64,000 nucleotides of DNA from Callorhinchus milii (taxonomy: Eukaryota). The stretch covers positions 9,672,001 to 9,736,000 of the forward strand of contig NW_024704752.1 in assembly GCF_018977255.1 (NCBI RefSeq). The letters run 5' to 3'. Positions 63,440 through 64,000 of the stretch are shown piece by piece. Under the pieces are notes generated by a model. The model ran no database searches. It was not told the DNA's origin and worked only from the letters and a program-made list of their open reading frames with translations. Numbering within the stretch: the stretch's first letter is position 1; every line of letters begins with the position of its first letter. The position numbers and the translations under genes were made by a program.

Positions 63440-63589
63440 GTGAGATATCAATAGGACCATTTAGAAAAAGGCAGCTGGTGGTGCAGCGAATATCACTGGA
63501 TTAGTGAACTAGCCAACATTGCAGGAACTGACTGAGTGCATGGAGCTGAGTGTGTAGAGACTCACACTCAATGTACGGATGCACTGCTT

Positions 63590-63835
63590 AATTCAGAGCT
63601 GACCTGGAAAGTCTCAGGTTTGAAGCATGCTCTGAGTTATCTGATCTCAGCCAGGCAACAATTAAGGGTACTTTGACTCATGCCCTGGTTTAGGGAAAGA
63701 AAACATTATCCAAGGTTCCCCATTCCTGATCACAATCTAATAACCCAGTGGGAGAGTGTGAACGTGCAGGGACACTGGGTGAGGAACAGTGACACCTCTT
63801 TATGACTGAAGAGCATACCATTGCTTATAGTCTGG
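63590..63835 (+). mobile_element. AmnSINE2-like ancient SINE (related copies at about 57710-58000 minus, 54020-54090 and 59590-59710)
   Basis: gagttatctgatctcagcc...ccctggtttaggga...ccaaggttccccattcctgatc...gggtgagga; family name from memory. Confidence 0.55.
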
Positions 63836-64000
63836 AGAAAGGCTCCTTGGGCAGTTATTGGAAGGTTTCTGGTTCCTGGCAGCCCTGGAACCAAAACCTC
63901 AGCACGAAAGGCTACTCTTGTTCTGAGGCTGAGTTCAGATGGGTTACAGGGAATTCAGTGAAGGAGAGAAAAACAAATCAAATCTAATTCAGGACAAACT

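Overview
Vertebrate genomic DNA, most likely from a cartilaginous fish (inferred from the CR1/L2/DeuSINE repeat landscape; species not determinable). The + strand carries the 3' half of PSMD1 (26S proteasome subunit Rpn2): 8 coding exons at 3074-25849, a non-coding last exon and a polyA signal near 27224. About 28 kb further on lies the 5' part of PRSS56: 8 coding exons at 55325-63439, with the catalytic-Ser exon beyond the window. The left edge is the PSMD1 intron that hosts antisense HTR2B in human, and it shows a minus-strand intron at 20-484. The rest is dominated by a near-full-length single-ORF L2 LINE, many L2 3' fragments, CR1 fragments, a young tRNA-Ala-headed SINE that shares the L2 3' stem-loop, and older Deu-domain, AmnSINE2-like and LF-SINE-like elements. 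Main leads: (1) an extra symmetric exon gives PRSS56 an N-terminal copy of the six-cysteine module found only C-terminally in human; (2) a speculative unannotated multi-exon gene at 28.3-34.5 kb whose product resembles, by eye, the NLRC5 atypical CARD; (3) an L2 insertion with a snap-back plus a 38-bp templated inverted capture; (4) compensatory base changes in the shared SINE/L2 tail hairpin. All homology comparisons are from memory and by eye; no searches were run.
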